From assembly GCF_006345805.1 (NCBI RefSeq), contig NC_043022.1, forward strand, positions 12,834,001-12,898,000: a stretch of 64,000 nt of DNA, written 5' to 3'. Origin of the DNA: Octopus sinensis (taxonomy: Eukaryota). A model generated the notes under the pieces. The model saw nothing but the letters and a program-made list of their open reading frames with translations. It was not told the origin of the DNA and did not search any database. Shown piece after piece: positions 23,861-35,470 of the stretch (position 1 is its first letter; each line of letters starts with the position of its first letter). The position numbers and the translations under genes are program-made.

Positions 23861-24614
23861 TGACAAAATACAGCAGCAGTAGATGTGTGGTGTTGGCGGT
23901 GGTGGCGTTGGTGTTGGTGGTGCAGAAGCGGCACATAACTGGAGTTGTTGTCATATGTGTCACCTCACGCAAGCTGCTGCTAAGGGAGCCGTAAAAAGGG
24001 GACATGGCAGCCTCTGCTGTTGTTATTTGATCGTGGAATGTTATTGTGTTGCTTCGTTCATTCTTTTAGTCTCTCTACCACAACACATTCCTATGTCCCT
24101 GCTTCTTTCGGTCTCCTCTTCAGATATGTATATATGTGCATGTGTATGTACATTTGTATATATATATATATATATATATGTGTGTATATTTGTGCATATG
24201 TATGTGTATATGTATGTGTATATTTGTGTATATGTATGTGTATATGTGTGTGTATATTTGTGTATATGTATCTGTATATTTGTGTATATGTATCTGTATA
24301 TTTGTGTATATGTATGTATATGTATATGTTTTTATCTCTACCACTTTATCTTTTCTATATTTATATAGAAATATCTCCTTTATCTCTCTACTTCTTCCCC
24401 CCCCCTTTTATCATCTCTTCATAAACAATCTATCGTATTAGCTTCACCCCCCACCTTTGTCCCCCCTCCATTCTACTTAACCATTTTCCATCGCCATTCA
24501 TTCTGCTCCAGAATATTTATTTTTAATATAAAGTAATCATATACCTCACTTATTACCCCTCCACCCTGCCTCTGCTTTTTTTTTCTGTTGTGTTTTGGTT
24601 TTAATAATAAGATA

Positions 24615-24935
24615 AGTACAGGCATTGCTCTATGGTTAAGAAACTCGCTTTGCAGTCATGTGCTTTAGGTTTCAGTCCCACTGCACAGCACCTTCGGTTG
24701 GTGTCTTCTACGAGGCTGACCAAAGCCTTGTGAGTGGATTTGGTAGACGGAAACTGAAAGAAGCCCGTCGTATATATGTATGTATGTATGTGTATGTGTA
24801 TATATATATATATATATAATAAACCTTTACATAAATAAATAACGTGAAATATACGAAGGGACGAACAGAAAGACAAACGGGTCATTCAAAGCCTTCGTTC
24901 TTCAGTCAGAAACTGATTCCTCATCGCGGATTTCG

Positions 24936-24971
<36 letters not shown>

Positions 24972-25065
24972 TGCACGTGTGTGTGTATGTTTGTGTGTCT
25001 GTGTTTGTCCCCTCCCCCAACATCGCTCGACAACCGATGCTGGTGTGTTTACGTCCCCGTAACTT
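24615..25065 (+). mobile_element. SINE A split by an insert (about 24820-24935) at its internal microsatellite
   Basis: 5' half ends in (TA)n; 3' half starts after (GATA)n. Confidence 0.7.
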
Positions 25066-25314
25066 GTGAGTGAATTTGGTTGCAAACTGTGGAAGCTCGC
25101 TGTGTGTGTATGTATTTTGTGTGTTGCCACTTCCACTGCTTGACAACAAGTGTTGGTGGTCTCTATGTCCTTGTAACGTAGCAGTTCAGCAAAATATACT
25201 AATAGAATAAACCCCAGACTTTAAGAAAACAAATATCGGGATTGATTTGTTCAATTAAAAATCTTTAAGCCAGTGCCCTAGTATGGCCACAATCCAATGA
25301 CTTCGTGGCCGTCC

Positions 25315-25565
25315 ATACACGCAGGCACGTTCTTTATGTTCCTGCCTCAGTTGAGCGGTCCTAGCTTTGTGGGTTGGTGGGTGTTTGTGCCATGTTAAAA
25401 GTACCCAGTACACTCTTTAAAGTGGTTGGCATCAGAAAGGGCATCCAGCCATAAAAACCGTGCCAAAACAGACAAAATGAAACCTGGGCAGTTCTCCAAC
25501 TGGCCGACTCCTGTCAAACCATCCAACCCTTGCCAGCACGGAGATAAACATTAAATGATGATGAT
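25315..25565 (+). mobile_element. SINE family C ((GAT)n-tailed)
   Basis: GTGGTTGGCATCAGAAAGGGCATCCAGCC...CCAACCCTTGCCAGCACGGA...TAAATGATGATGAT. Confidence 0.8.
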
Positions 25566-25730
25566 ATCTATACACACACAAGCTTTATCTTCACTGTATA
25601 TTTACAATATTTATCCAGATGCCTGCAACTATTGTAGAAGACACTTGCGCAGGGTGTTACATGGGATTGAACTTAAAACCACATGGTTGCAAAGTGAACT
25701 TCTCAATCACAGAGGCATGCCTGCACATTA

Positions 25731-26132
25731 CTCTTTACTCTTTTTACTTGTTTCAGTCATTTTGACTGCAGCCATGCTGGAGCACCGCCTTTAGTCGAGC
25801 AAATCGACCCTGGGACTTATTCTTTGTAAGCCCAGTACTTATTCAATCGGTCTCTTTTGCCGAACCGCTAAGTGACGGGGACGTAAACACACCAGCATCG
25901 GCTGTCAAGCAATGCTAGGGGGACAAACACAGACACACAAAGATGCACACATATATATAATATATATATATATACGATGGGGTTCTTTCAGTTTCCGTCT
26001 ACCAAATCCACTCACCAGGCATTGGTCGGCCCGGGGCTATAGCAGAAGACACTTGCCCAAGATGCCACGCAGTGGGACTGAACCCGGAACCATGTGGTTG
26101 GTAAGCAAGCTACTTACCACACAGCCACTCCT
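25731..26132 (-). mobile_element. SINE family A
   Basis: Head-to-tail match. Confidence 0.9.
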
Positions 26133-27119
26133 GCAAAAATTTTACTTTTTTCCAAAGCATGTAAATTGTTTCCTCCATATTGCAGGAGGCACAAAACTCT
26201 AGTGACTCGAGTTTTCTTTTAATTAGAAGAATATATTATGACATTTATTAAAAAACAAAAAAAAATGCCTCTTTTTTCCTATTTCTACACACTTGAGTAG
26301 GTGTAAACCATTAAATCCTAGTTTAAGTTTGTTATCTAAATACGGTAAGCTCAATGTGTGTGTGTGTCTATGTATGTATGTATGTGTATAATATATATAT
26401 ATATATATAGCCCGAAGCAGGTATTTTAAATGTTCCTTCCTCTACCTCATGAAATGTAAACTAGTCCATAATCCCCTTAACTCCTTCATTTATCAGAAAA
26501 TTCCATCATATTGTGGCTATGTTGCAAAAACCAAAGCCAAAATAGAAATTCTCTCTACATGTCAAATGTTTTTGAAATCTACCCGAGAAATACATCTGGC
26601 ATGAAGACATAATGTTGTTTCATTTGCAACTCTACTTACCATTTGGAAATGTTATCTTCTAAGAAAATGCTTTTATCCTTAGAAAAGGGATTTTTTGATA
26701 TTTAGGAATGGAAGTTGTCATAATTTATGCTCAAGAAATTTGATAAAAAAAAAACAAATCTAATCTGGAAGAATTTTTAATGGAATTCTTCTGAGAGATA
26801 TTTTGAAATTATCTATTTCTTTTTAACTTCTTTTTTTATTTTCAATATTGTATTTTGTGTCTCTGAAATCTGGTTGGGTTCATATCTGTTTAACTGAAAC
26901 GTGTTTGAACACCTGGTGTGTTTATAGTGTTGGAAAGCACAACTACAACTGGTGTGTCGGTTGTAGTGTTGGATTGTATATTAAGAATGTGGTGGTCAAA
27001 GTCCCTAATAGTTGGTGTGTCTTACTGTTGGATTACAGAGCTGTTATGTTGTGCTCTTGGGACACACATCAGCTGGTGTACTATGGTGTTAGATTGAGCA
27101 TCAAGTGTATTGCAGAATC

Positions 27120-27765
27120 AGGCTGTGCAACAGGTGTGTTGTGGAGTCGGGCTGTGTGCAGCAGGTGTGTTGTGGAGTCGGGCTGTGTGCAGCAGGTGTG
27201 TTGTGGAGTCGGGCTGTGTGCAGCAGGTGTGTTGCGGAGTGGGCTGTGTGCAGCAGGTGTGTTGCGGAGTCGGGCTGTGTGCAGCAGGTGTGTTGTGGAG
27301 TCGGGCTGTGTGCAGCAGGTGTGTTGTGGAGTCGGGCTGTGCGCAGCAGGTGTGTTGTGGAGTCGGGCTGTGCGCAGCAGGTGTGTTGTGGAGTCGGGCT
27401 GTGCGCAGCAGGTGTGTTGTGGAGTCGGGCTGTGTGCAGCAGGTGTGTTGTGGAGTCGGGCTGTGTGCAGCAGGTGCGTTGCATGTCCAGGATGTGCACA
27501 ACAGGTGCGTTGCGTTCCGGGCTGTGCACAACAGGTGCGTTGCGTGGCCAGGGTGTGCACAACAGGTGCATTGCATGTCCAGGATGTGCACAACAGGTGC
27601 ATTGCGTGTCCAGGATGTGCACAAGAGGTGCATTGCGTGGCCAGGCTGCACGTAACAGGTGCGTTGTGTGGCCAGGCTGTGTGCAACAGGTGCGTTGCGT
27701 GGCTGGGCTGCACGCAACAGGTGCGTTGTGTGGCCGGGCTGTGTGCAGCAGGTGTGTTGCAATTT
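27120..27765. repeat. 31-bp minisatellite, about 20 units (GTGTGTTGTGGAGTCGGGCTGTGTGCAGCAG and variants)
   Basis: Direct periodicity; the stop-free unit explains six overlapping ORFs. Confidence 0.9.
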
Positions 27766-28584
27766 GGCTACACAGCATTTGTTTCTAAATATATACCTAC
27801 AACATTATTTAAGAACTAAAAGACACCCATAACAGATTACTTTCTATAATAGTACATCATATCTATAGAGTCTATCTCCCCACCTGTGCTCTCCCAGCTG
27901 TCCAAGGACTGATTTATTTATACAGCTGTCCACACTTTAACACTGTCTTAAAATAGGGTTTGGTGAGTAGTCACAGTTCCTCTTCTTTGATCAGGAGTTT
28001 GGCAGAAAGGGAGAAGAGTTATAATCAATGACATGGTTTCTCTTGTAAAATGTGTTTTTACATTTTTTTTTAACATCCTGTGTAAAATATATTTCTGCCC
28101 TTTTTTTCCTGGAGGTTTTTTTTTCTTTTCTTTTTTAAGACCATCACTCTCAGCTTTCAGCCCTGCCGGCACATATTTCTTCTGACCCCTTGGTTTAGCA
28201 TTCACACAGAACCTCCTCTCCCCCTCCCCCTCCCCCAGTCTCTTCTACTGCTCTGACTTAGTGGTTTGACTAAAGAAGATCAATAAAATAAGGACCAGAA
28301 TGCAACTTGTGCTGGAGATCAATATAACTGACTATCCTGTGTCCCCCCCCTCCAACCCCTTTGTTGAAGTTGATATTCCAGCATGGCCTGTACTCTGAAT
28401 GAAACTATTAAAAAAATAAAATAGTGTTTTTGTATATGTATAGATGTGTGTGTGTGTGTTGTCCCAGAGACTATTCTATTGTTCTGTGGCTCTTGTTTTA
28501 AATCCTGTTATCAATAATCTGATTAAGAATACTCTTTAACCAGTGACCTACATGGGTTGCTTTATATTATTCCTCATTTTCTCC

Positions 28585-28617
<33 letters not shown>

Positions 28618-29000
28618 CCCTGCACTCCCCCTCTCTTTTCCTCTACTTTCCTCTTTCTCTTCCTCCACTTCCCTCATTTTGTCTCCTTCTCCCCACTTTT
28701 TTGTCTCTCTCTCCCCATTCCTTTTGTCTCCCTCTCCCCGTTCCTTTTGTCCCCTTCTCTCCACTTCTCCCATTCTCCTGTCTCTCTTCACCGACTCTCC
28801 CCAGCCCCTCTTCTCTCTCCCTTTTTAATTGGAAGCAGTAACATGGTATTAAAAACCCAATTTACAATTCCCCTCTTAAACTCATTTCTCAATACATTGC
28901 TGCTAGCCTTGTCCACCTCCTTCATCCTCTTTCTGTATCCATAAAAGAGGGCAATCTACAACAGAAGAGACGATGTCCTTTCAACATTGACCAGTTCACT

Positions 29001-29300
29001 TTCATCATCATCATCATCATCATTTAACATCCGTTGTCCATGCTGGAATGGGTTGGACAGTTTGACCAGGGCTGGTAACCTGGAAGGCTGCACCAGACTC
29101 CAGTCTGATTTGGCATAGTTTTCTGCAGCTGGATGCCCTTCTTAATGCCAACAACTCTGAGAGTGTAACGGGTGTTTTTACGTGCCACTAGCATGGGTGC
29201 CATTGGCGTGACACCAATATCTGCCATGACCGATTTCTCTTGGCTTAACGGGTCTTCTTCACAAGCGCAACATAATGCCAAAGAATTTCTTGAGCATCTG
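29001..29300 (-). mobile_element. SINE family C
   Basis: (CAT)n, TTTAACATCCGTTGTCCATGCTGG...GGATGCCCTTC. Confidence 0.85.
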
Positions 29301-29312
29301 TCCCTTGCTTAA

Positions 29313-29532
29313 CCCTTTACCATTCAGATTACTCTGCCAAATTTAATGCATATTTACTCACTTCTTTTTTAATTAATCATGCATTATCTCGAAATTTCAA
29401 GATTTCAATGATGTGATTATTTATTTTTAGAATGACATTGTAGGGTAGGTGTGAGACGCTGGATCTGGCTGGTTTGAACATAAAACAAGTAGAGTATTTG
29501 GGTCTGATATGACTAGTTTAAGTGCTAAAGGG
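29313..29532 (+). mobile_element. piggyBac-like MITE P2
   Basis: TTAA|CCCTTTACC...TGCTAAAGGG|TTAA. Confidence 0.85.
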
Positions 29533-29671
29533 TTAACAAACAAATAGCTGGTCCAATAATTCACTAAAGCATTAACCAACAAACTGGTCCAATAATTTGC
29601 AATATTCCACTTTGAGAATTTTAAAGAAATTTTAACTTCCCAAGTTGGCACCAGCATCCTTGACATGATGA

Positions 29672-29925
29672 TGATCATCATCATCATCGTTAGCGTCTGC
29701 TTTCCATGCTGTCATGGGTTGGACAGTGAAACTGGGGTCTGGGAAGCCAGAAGGCTGCACTAGGCCCAGTCTGATCTGGCAATGTTTCTACGGCTGGATG
29801 CCCTTCCTAACGCCAACCACTCCATGAGTGTAGTGGGTGCTTTTTACGTGCCAGACGAGGCTGGCAAACGGCCACGATCGGATGGTGCTTTTTACGTGCC
29901 ACCGGCACGGAGGCCAGGCGAGGCA
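29672..29925 (-). mobile_element. SINE family C
   Basis: Same diagnostic motifs. Confidence 0.85.
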
Positions 29926-30337
29926 TTTCATTTGAAACCAAATTCTTAATACTGAAAATAATTGTTATCAATAACCCTGGGCAAAAAAAACAGCAGAAAT
30001 AACCGGAATTTTAATTAAATTTAAAAGCTTTCGCTGTTGCCTGACCTCTCTTGTTCCCAAGCAAAGTAATGTTTTCCCATGACACTTGTTTACAAGTGTC
30101 ACACAATGTCAAGACAAGGCACATACACACACACACAAACACATTTATACACAATGGGTTTCTTTCCGTTTCTATCACCCAACCCACCAACAGGCTTTGC
30201 TTTGCTTGGAGTTATAGCAAAAGACACTTTCCCAAAACTGCCATACAATAGGACTGAACCTAAAACCAGCTTCTTCATTGCACAACCATACCTGCACCTT
30301 TCTCTTCCTCACACACACACACACCTTTTGTAATATA

Positions 30338-30567
30338 TATTTCTTTACTGCCTACAAGGGGCTAAACATAGAGGGGACAAACTAGGACAGACAATGGGAT
30401 TAAGTCGATTACATCGACCCCAGTGCGAAACTGGTACTTTATTTATCGCCCCCGAAAGGATGAAAGGCAAAGTCGACCTCGACGGAATTTGAACTTAGAA
30501 CGTAACGACAGACGAAATACAGCTAAGCATTTCGCCCGGCATGCTAACATTTCTACCAGCTCACCGA
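30338..30567 (-). mobile_element. SINE family B
   Basis: Near full-length match. Confidence 0.9.
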
Positions 30568-31072
30568 CAAGATTCCACATACAAGATTGATAAAGTAATT
30601 AATGATGATGATGCCCTAATTCTTGATTACATTTTAAATGAATTAAAACAATTTGTTTCATAAGGAATACGGTCAGAGAAAGTCTCAAGTCTTTGTTGAA
30701 GTCTGTGCACCTGCCTGACAAGACAGAAATCACATAGTGGTGGGGAGTGGGTGGAGGATGTATTGTGTGAAGATATAGTGTCACTTCACAACAGGTGAAG
30801 ATTAAGGGATTAAGGTTTACATATAGGCCAACATAGCGAGTGTAGATGGCATCAGCTTAATAACAACAATGTTATTTAATTTCTTGTTATTTTTCTAAAT
30901 CAAGTGAGGCTGAGTCGGTGTATTTCAAGAAAAATATGGTAACAAAAGGGTTAAAGTCATCTAAGCTAAAACTTTCATAATTTTACTAAATACATCATTT
31001 TCAATACCAAAGCAAAGGACATGTATTTCAAAAGAAATATGGTAATAAAAGGGTTAAAATGACCCAAGTTAA

Positions 31073-31293
31073 CCCTTTCATTAGCAACCTGGCCAAAACC
31101 GCCTCTGGCTCTGTAGTACAAATGTCTTGTTTTCATAAGTTTTGAATTAAAATCTTCCACCAAGCCTTAGTCACAATTTATGTTCCTAACACCAGCTTAA
31201 TGATAACTAAGTTATTTTACTAAATTCTTTGTTATATTTAAAATAATTGAAAGAAACACAGAGCATCTCAAAATAAATATGGTAATGAAAGGG
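31073..31293 (-). mobile_element. piggyBac-like MITE family P1, preceded by two orphan TIR ends (about 30954 and 31056)
   Basis: TTAA|CCCTTTCATTAGC...GGTAATGAAAGGG|TTAA. Confidence 0.85.
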
Positions 31294-31594
31294 TTAAAAC
31301 CTTCTGTCTTCTCTGCCCACTATTCCTGAGAGGGTTGTTGGAGTAGATTCTTCAGACACCTCCCCTATAAAATCTTTTAAGAAGCAACAAACATTACACT
31401 TTCTGGTTGGATCCCAAGGTATAACCAACTGAAACTATGGCTATTAGCCAACCCTTTTGTTCGTTCTTGATTTACATCTGTGTTTCTTGCTGGTTGTCTC
31501 CGCTTAAGGAATCCATCTTGCGATTCTTTCCTGTGATTTTCTAATCACAAATCTGTAGTACTGGAACTGTGTCCTCTCAATGTGAATTAGCAGC

Positions 31595-31985
31595 AGGCGC
31601 AGGAGTGGCTGTGTGGTAAGTAGCTTGCTTACCAGCCACACGGTTCCGGGTTCAGTCCCACTGCGTGGCACCTTGGGAAAGCGTCTTCTACTATAGCCTC
31701 GGGCCGACCAAAGCCTTGTGAGTGGATTTGGTAGACGGAAACTGAAAGAAGCCTGTCATATATATATGTGTTTGTGTGTCTGTGTTTGTCCCCCCAACAT
31801 CGCTTGACAACCGATGCTGGTGTGTTTACGTCCCTGTTACTTAGCGGTTCGGCAAAAGAGACCGATAGAATAAGTACTCGGCTTACAAAGAATTAGTCCT
31901 GGGGTCAATTTGCTCGACTAAAAAGGCGGTGCTCCAGCATGGCCACAGTCAAATGACTGAAACAAGTAAAAGAGTAAAAGAGAGT
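31595..31985 (+). mobile_element. Full-length SINE family A with TSD TAGCAGC
   Basis: AGGCGCAGGAGTGGCTGTGTGG head to AAAAGAGAGT tail; TAGCAGC at 31588-31594 and 31985-31991. Confidence 0.92.
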
Positions 31986-32941
31986 AGCAGCTCAACTTCA
32001 AGAGACTCCCTGATCCCCAAGCTACACAAACCATTGAGTAACTGAGTGCACAGTTTGTTTCAGTAACCAGCTTTAACAATGAGTTATTTTACTAAATTCT
32101 TCGTTATTTTCAAAATTAATTGAAACAAAAGTAGTGAATTCCAAGAGAAATATGGGAACAAAAATGTTGGATATTCTTAAAGGCAACGACCAAACTTTGA
32201 ATTAAGAATAATGACAAGCATATCAGAAAAGAGTTAAAAAGTTACAAACGTTGGTTTATACTGGGTGACATATCAGAAATGCAAAGTGTAAGGTTCATGA
32301 ATAAGAGAATATTTAAAATATGTCTATTTATAACATAAAATAAACTTGTTCTGGACATCATAATGGTTGTTTCTTTTCTTTATGATGTAGAAATGTGTCC
32401 CATTATGTCACACTGTAGAAGCCATCGTTCCATTTCTATTAGCAAAATAAATGACTGTTAAATTTTTCATCTTACCCAGAACAATGTATAAACTAGGAAA
32501 AAAAAAAGAATTAGTACAATACCGTCGCTTTACCCAGAAACTTGTATTTTTGTTTTCAATTCTCTTCCTTGGTCCATTATGCTCTTGTGACCTGGTTCAT
32601 GTTTTCAGTATGCAACGCATATGACTAAACTGTCTGGTTAATTAATAATGTGTGTATAACATACCATTTTGTTACAGTCTTTGTAAGTAGCTATGGGATG
32701 AAACCAGACATAATTTATTAAAATACTATCTATTTGCAAAAACAATTGAAGATAAACTGCGTTTATTTGTTCTTTGATTCTACGTCTGTTTCTCCATGCT
32801 TGCATGGGTTGGATGAATGTTGTTTGAGGTATTGTTTTACAGAGAGACACCTGTCCTGACTCTAACCCTTACCTGTATTATAAGTGAAGGATCTTTTTAT
32901 TCCATTTGACTTCAAAGACACAAAGTTCGAAATTTCCCCAA

Positions 32942-32987
32942 GACACCTGAAGAAGGCTGGAGGGTGTATCAACCGAAACGTTGTGTT
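32942..32987 (+). ncRNA. Minimal type I hammerhead ribozyme motif (loop-less stem III) in a Penelope-like fragment (about 32880-33060)
   Basis: GACAC-CTGAAGA-A-GGCTG-loop-CAACC-GAAAC-GTT-GTGTT; (TGTAAATAA)3 tail downstream. Confidence 0.65.
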
Positions 32988-33272
32988 AACAACAAACAAG
33001 ATGAGGGACAAATATCCATTGAATGTAAATAATGTAAATAATGTAAATAATGTATGTATATATGACACTTTTTACATCTCTGTTGTGTATTATTTACCAT
33101 GGCTGGCAATAATTGAAAAAGGTAAACATGCAATGAAAAATTCCCTGATGGCACAAAGGCACATGTCAGTATACTTTCTGAACATCTGTTGCAAGAGGAA
33201 CTCATCATCTTTGCAAAAGAGTGTAGGTCTCTAGAAGGACTGAAAAGTTACATCCATGCTGCTCATGGTTAA

Positions 33273-33563
33273 CCCTTTAGCATTTAGATTGCTCTGTCAA
33301 ATGTAATGCTTATTTATTCAGATGTTTCTAATTAATCAGACATTGCCTCAAACCTCTGAGATTTCAATGGATGCTCTGTGTTTCTTTCAATTACTTTAAA
33401 TATAACAAAGAATTTAGTAAAATTACTTAGTTATCATTAAGCCAGTGTTAGGAACATAAATTGTGACTAAGGTTTGGTGGAAGATTTTAATTCAAAACTT
33501 ATGAAAACAAGACATTTGTACTTGGAGCCAGAGCTGGTTTCTGCTGGGTTGGTAATGAAAGGG
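33273..33563. mobile_element. Chimeric piggyBac-like MITE (P2 left part, P1 right part)
   Basis: TTAA at both ends; the sequence switches family at about 33369. Confidence 0.75.
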
Positions 33564-33844
33564 TTAAGTTTCTCTGTAAGAAATCCACTCACTAGACTTT
33601 GGTCAGCCAGGGACTATAGCAAAAGGCACTCATCGAAGATGCTGTGCAGAGAGACTGAACCTGAAACCATGTGGTTAGGAAGTGAACTTCTGAACCACAC
33701 TGCCATTCCTGCACTTATGGAATTAAATCAGACTAAATCTCTTTCAGACACAGTATTTACATAATTTATATTGTTCGTAAAACAATTGACTAATTAGTAT
33801 TTTAAATGAAATTGTGGTAAATATATATTTTTAAAAATCTTTTT

Positions 33845-34170
33845 ATTCATTTGCCACTGGGCTGCAGCCATGCTGGGGCAGCACCTTGAAGGGTTTGATC
33901 GAGCAAATTGATTCCAATACTTATTAAAGTTTGGCACTTGCTCTATTGGTTGTTTTTGCCAAATTGCTAAGTTATGGGGATGTAAACAAACCAGCAGTGT
34001 GGGCAGAGACAAACACACACACACAACTGGCTTCCACACAGTTTCCATCTAGCAAATTCACTCCCGATGTATTGGTTGGTTTGGGGTTACAGTAAAACAC
34101 TTGCCCAGAATGCTGTGCCTTGACTGAACTCAAAATCACATAGTGGCAAAGTGAGCTCCTTAACCACATG
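33845..34170 (-). mobile_element. Old degenerate SINE family A
   Basis: CAGCCATGCTGGGGCAGCACCTTGAAGG...CTTAACCACATGACC. Confidence 0.7.
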
Positions 34171-35294
34171 ACCAAGCCTGCACCTATTAATGTTTTTATT
34201 TTTTTATTTTAATCCACATGTCATTGGGGTTGGCTCTTATACTCTTTTTGTTGGGACTTTGGGTTTGAGTCCAGCCATATGTTTCTTTCTCTATAAAAAT
34301 AACAATTATAGTACAATACTAACATAGCCATGGCAGAATAATAATGTAATTGTCTCCAGTTTTGTTCTTTAGCTCTTGGCTTTATACATTATTCTTTCAA
34401 CACATTTTTTTGTGATTTTAATAATATAGTCACAGTGGAAAGGCAAGGAGAGAGGAAACTAGTTTTTCTTGTAGGCAATGTAGCTGTCATCACCAGAATA
34501 TGTTGACTTCTTGATATAAAGACAAAAATAATATGGTAGAAAAGGTGACAAGGTTATTGTTTTCAGAGACTCCCTCTCTCTTTTTAGACCACTTTCGTCT
34601 CTACTTATGTGGATTTGCACCATCTGAAAACTCCAATACTCCATAAAAAATACAATTTCAAAAGAAATCATGTCTGTCATGGTTCTCTATAAACATCTAA
34701 CAATCTTACAGATTTTTAAAATTACTGGAATTCCCACAAATGTGTACAAGAAATATAGATAAGCTTTACCAACATACCTATACCATAACAGAAGAAAATG
34801 TTTTTGATTTTGTTCTATAGTCAAAATTAAAACATTTGCTATGTAATTATGTTGTATACAACAGTATACGCAGTATAAGATCAAACTAGACATCTGTGTA
34901 TCATATTTAAAGTAGATACATTGTGAAAGGCAAATTAAGTGTGCTGTTTATCCAGAGGTGATACCCTTTGTGGACACAATAGTGGTGAGAATGCTAGATG
35001 CCCCATTGGACTTTGTTGGTAGCATGTACCCACTGCTAGCTGTGGGTACATGCTACTAGAATCAATCACTGCTGATAGAGCAAAACAATGATAGAAAAAC
35101 CACTGATTTTGCAATTAACCACTCGGCTGAATAAAAATCTGTTGCATGCAACAGAAGCAGTATGAGATCTAAATAGCCCAATGCAAATACATTGTGAAAG
35201 ACAAATGAACTGCAGTATTTATCCATGAATAACATTTATAAATGTGGCTATATAATTTGCTTTTGACAGCCTCCTCTGGCCCCTGTGGTGTAAA

Positions 35295-35470
35295 AAGCAC
35301 CTACTACACTCACAGAGTGGTTGGCATTAGGAAGGGCATCCAGCTGTAGAAATACTGCCAGATCAGACTGGAGCCTGGTGCAGCCTCCTGGCTTCCCAGA
35401 CCCCGGTCAAACTGTCCAACCCGTGCTAGCATGGAAAATAGATGTTAAATGATGATGATGATGATGATGA
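35295..35470 (+). mobile_element. SINE family C, 5'-truncated
   Basis: AAAAGCACCTACTACACTC...TTAGGAAGGGCATCCAGC...(GAT)n. Confidence 0.85.

Noticed and set aside
26848-27819. 323-aa Cys-rich ORF (metallothionein- or keratin-associated-like)
   Set aside because: It is the translation of a 31-bp minisatellite that is open in all six frames
31595-31670. tRNA-like A and B boxes
   Set aside because: These are SINE heads, not tRNA genes; no full cloverleaf, and they continue into the SINE body
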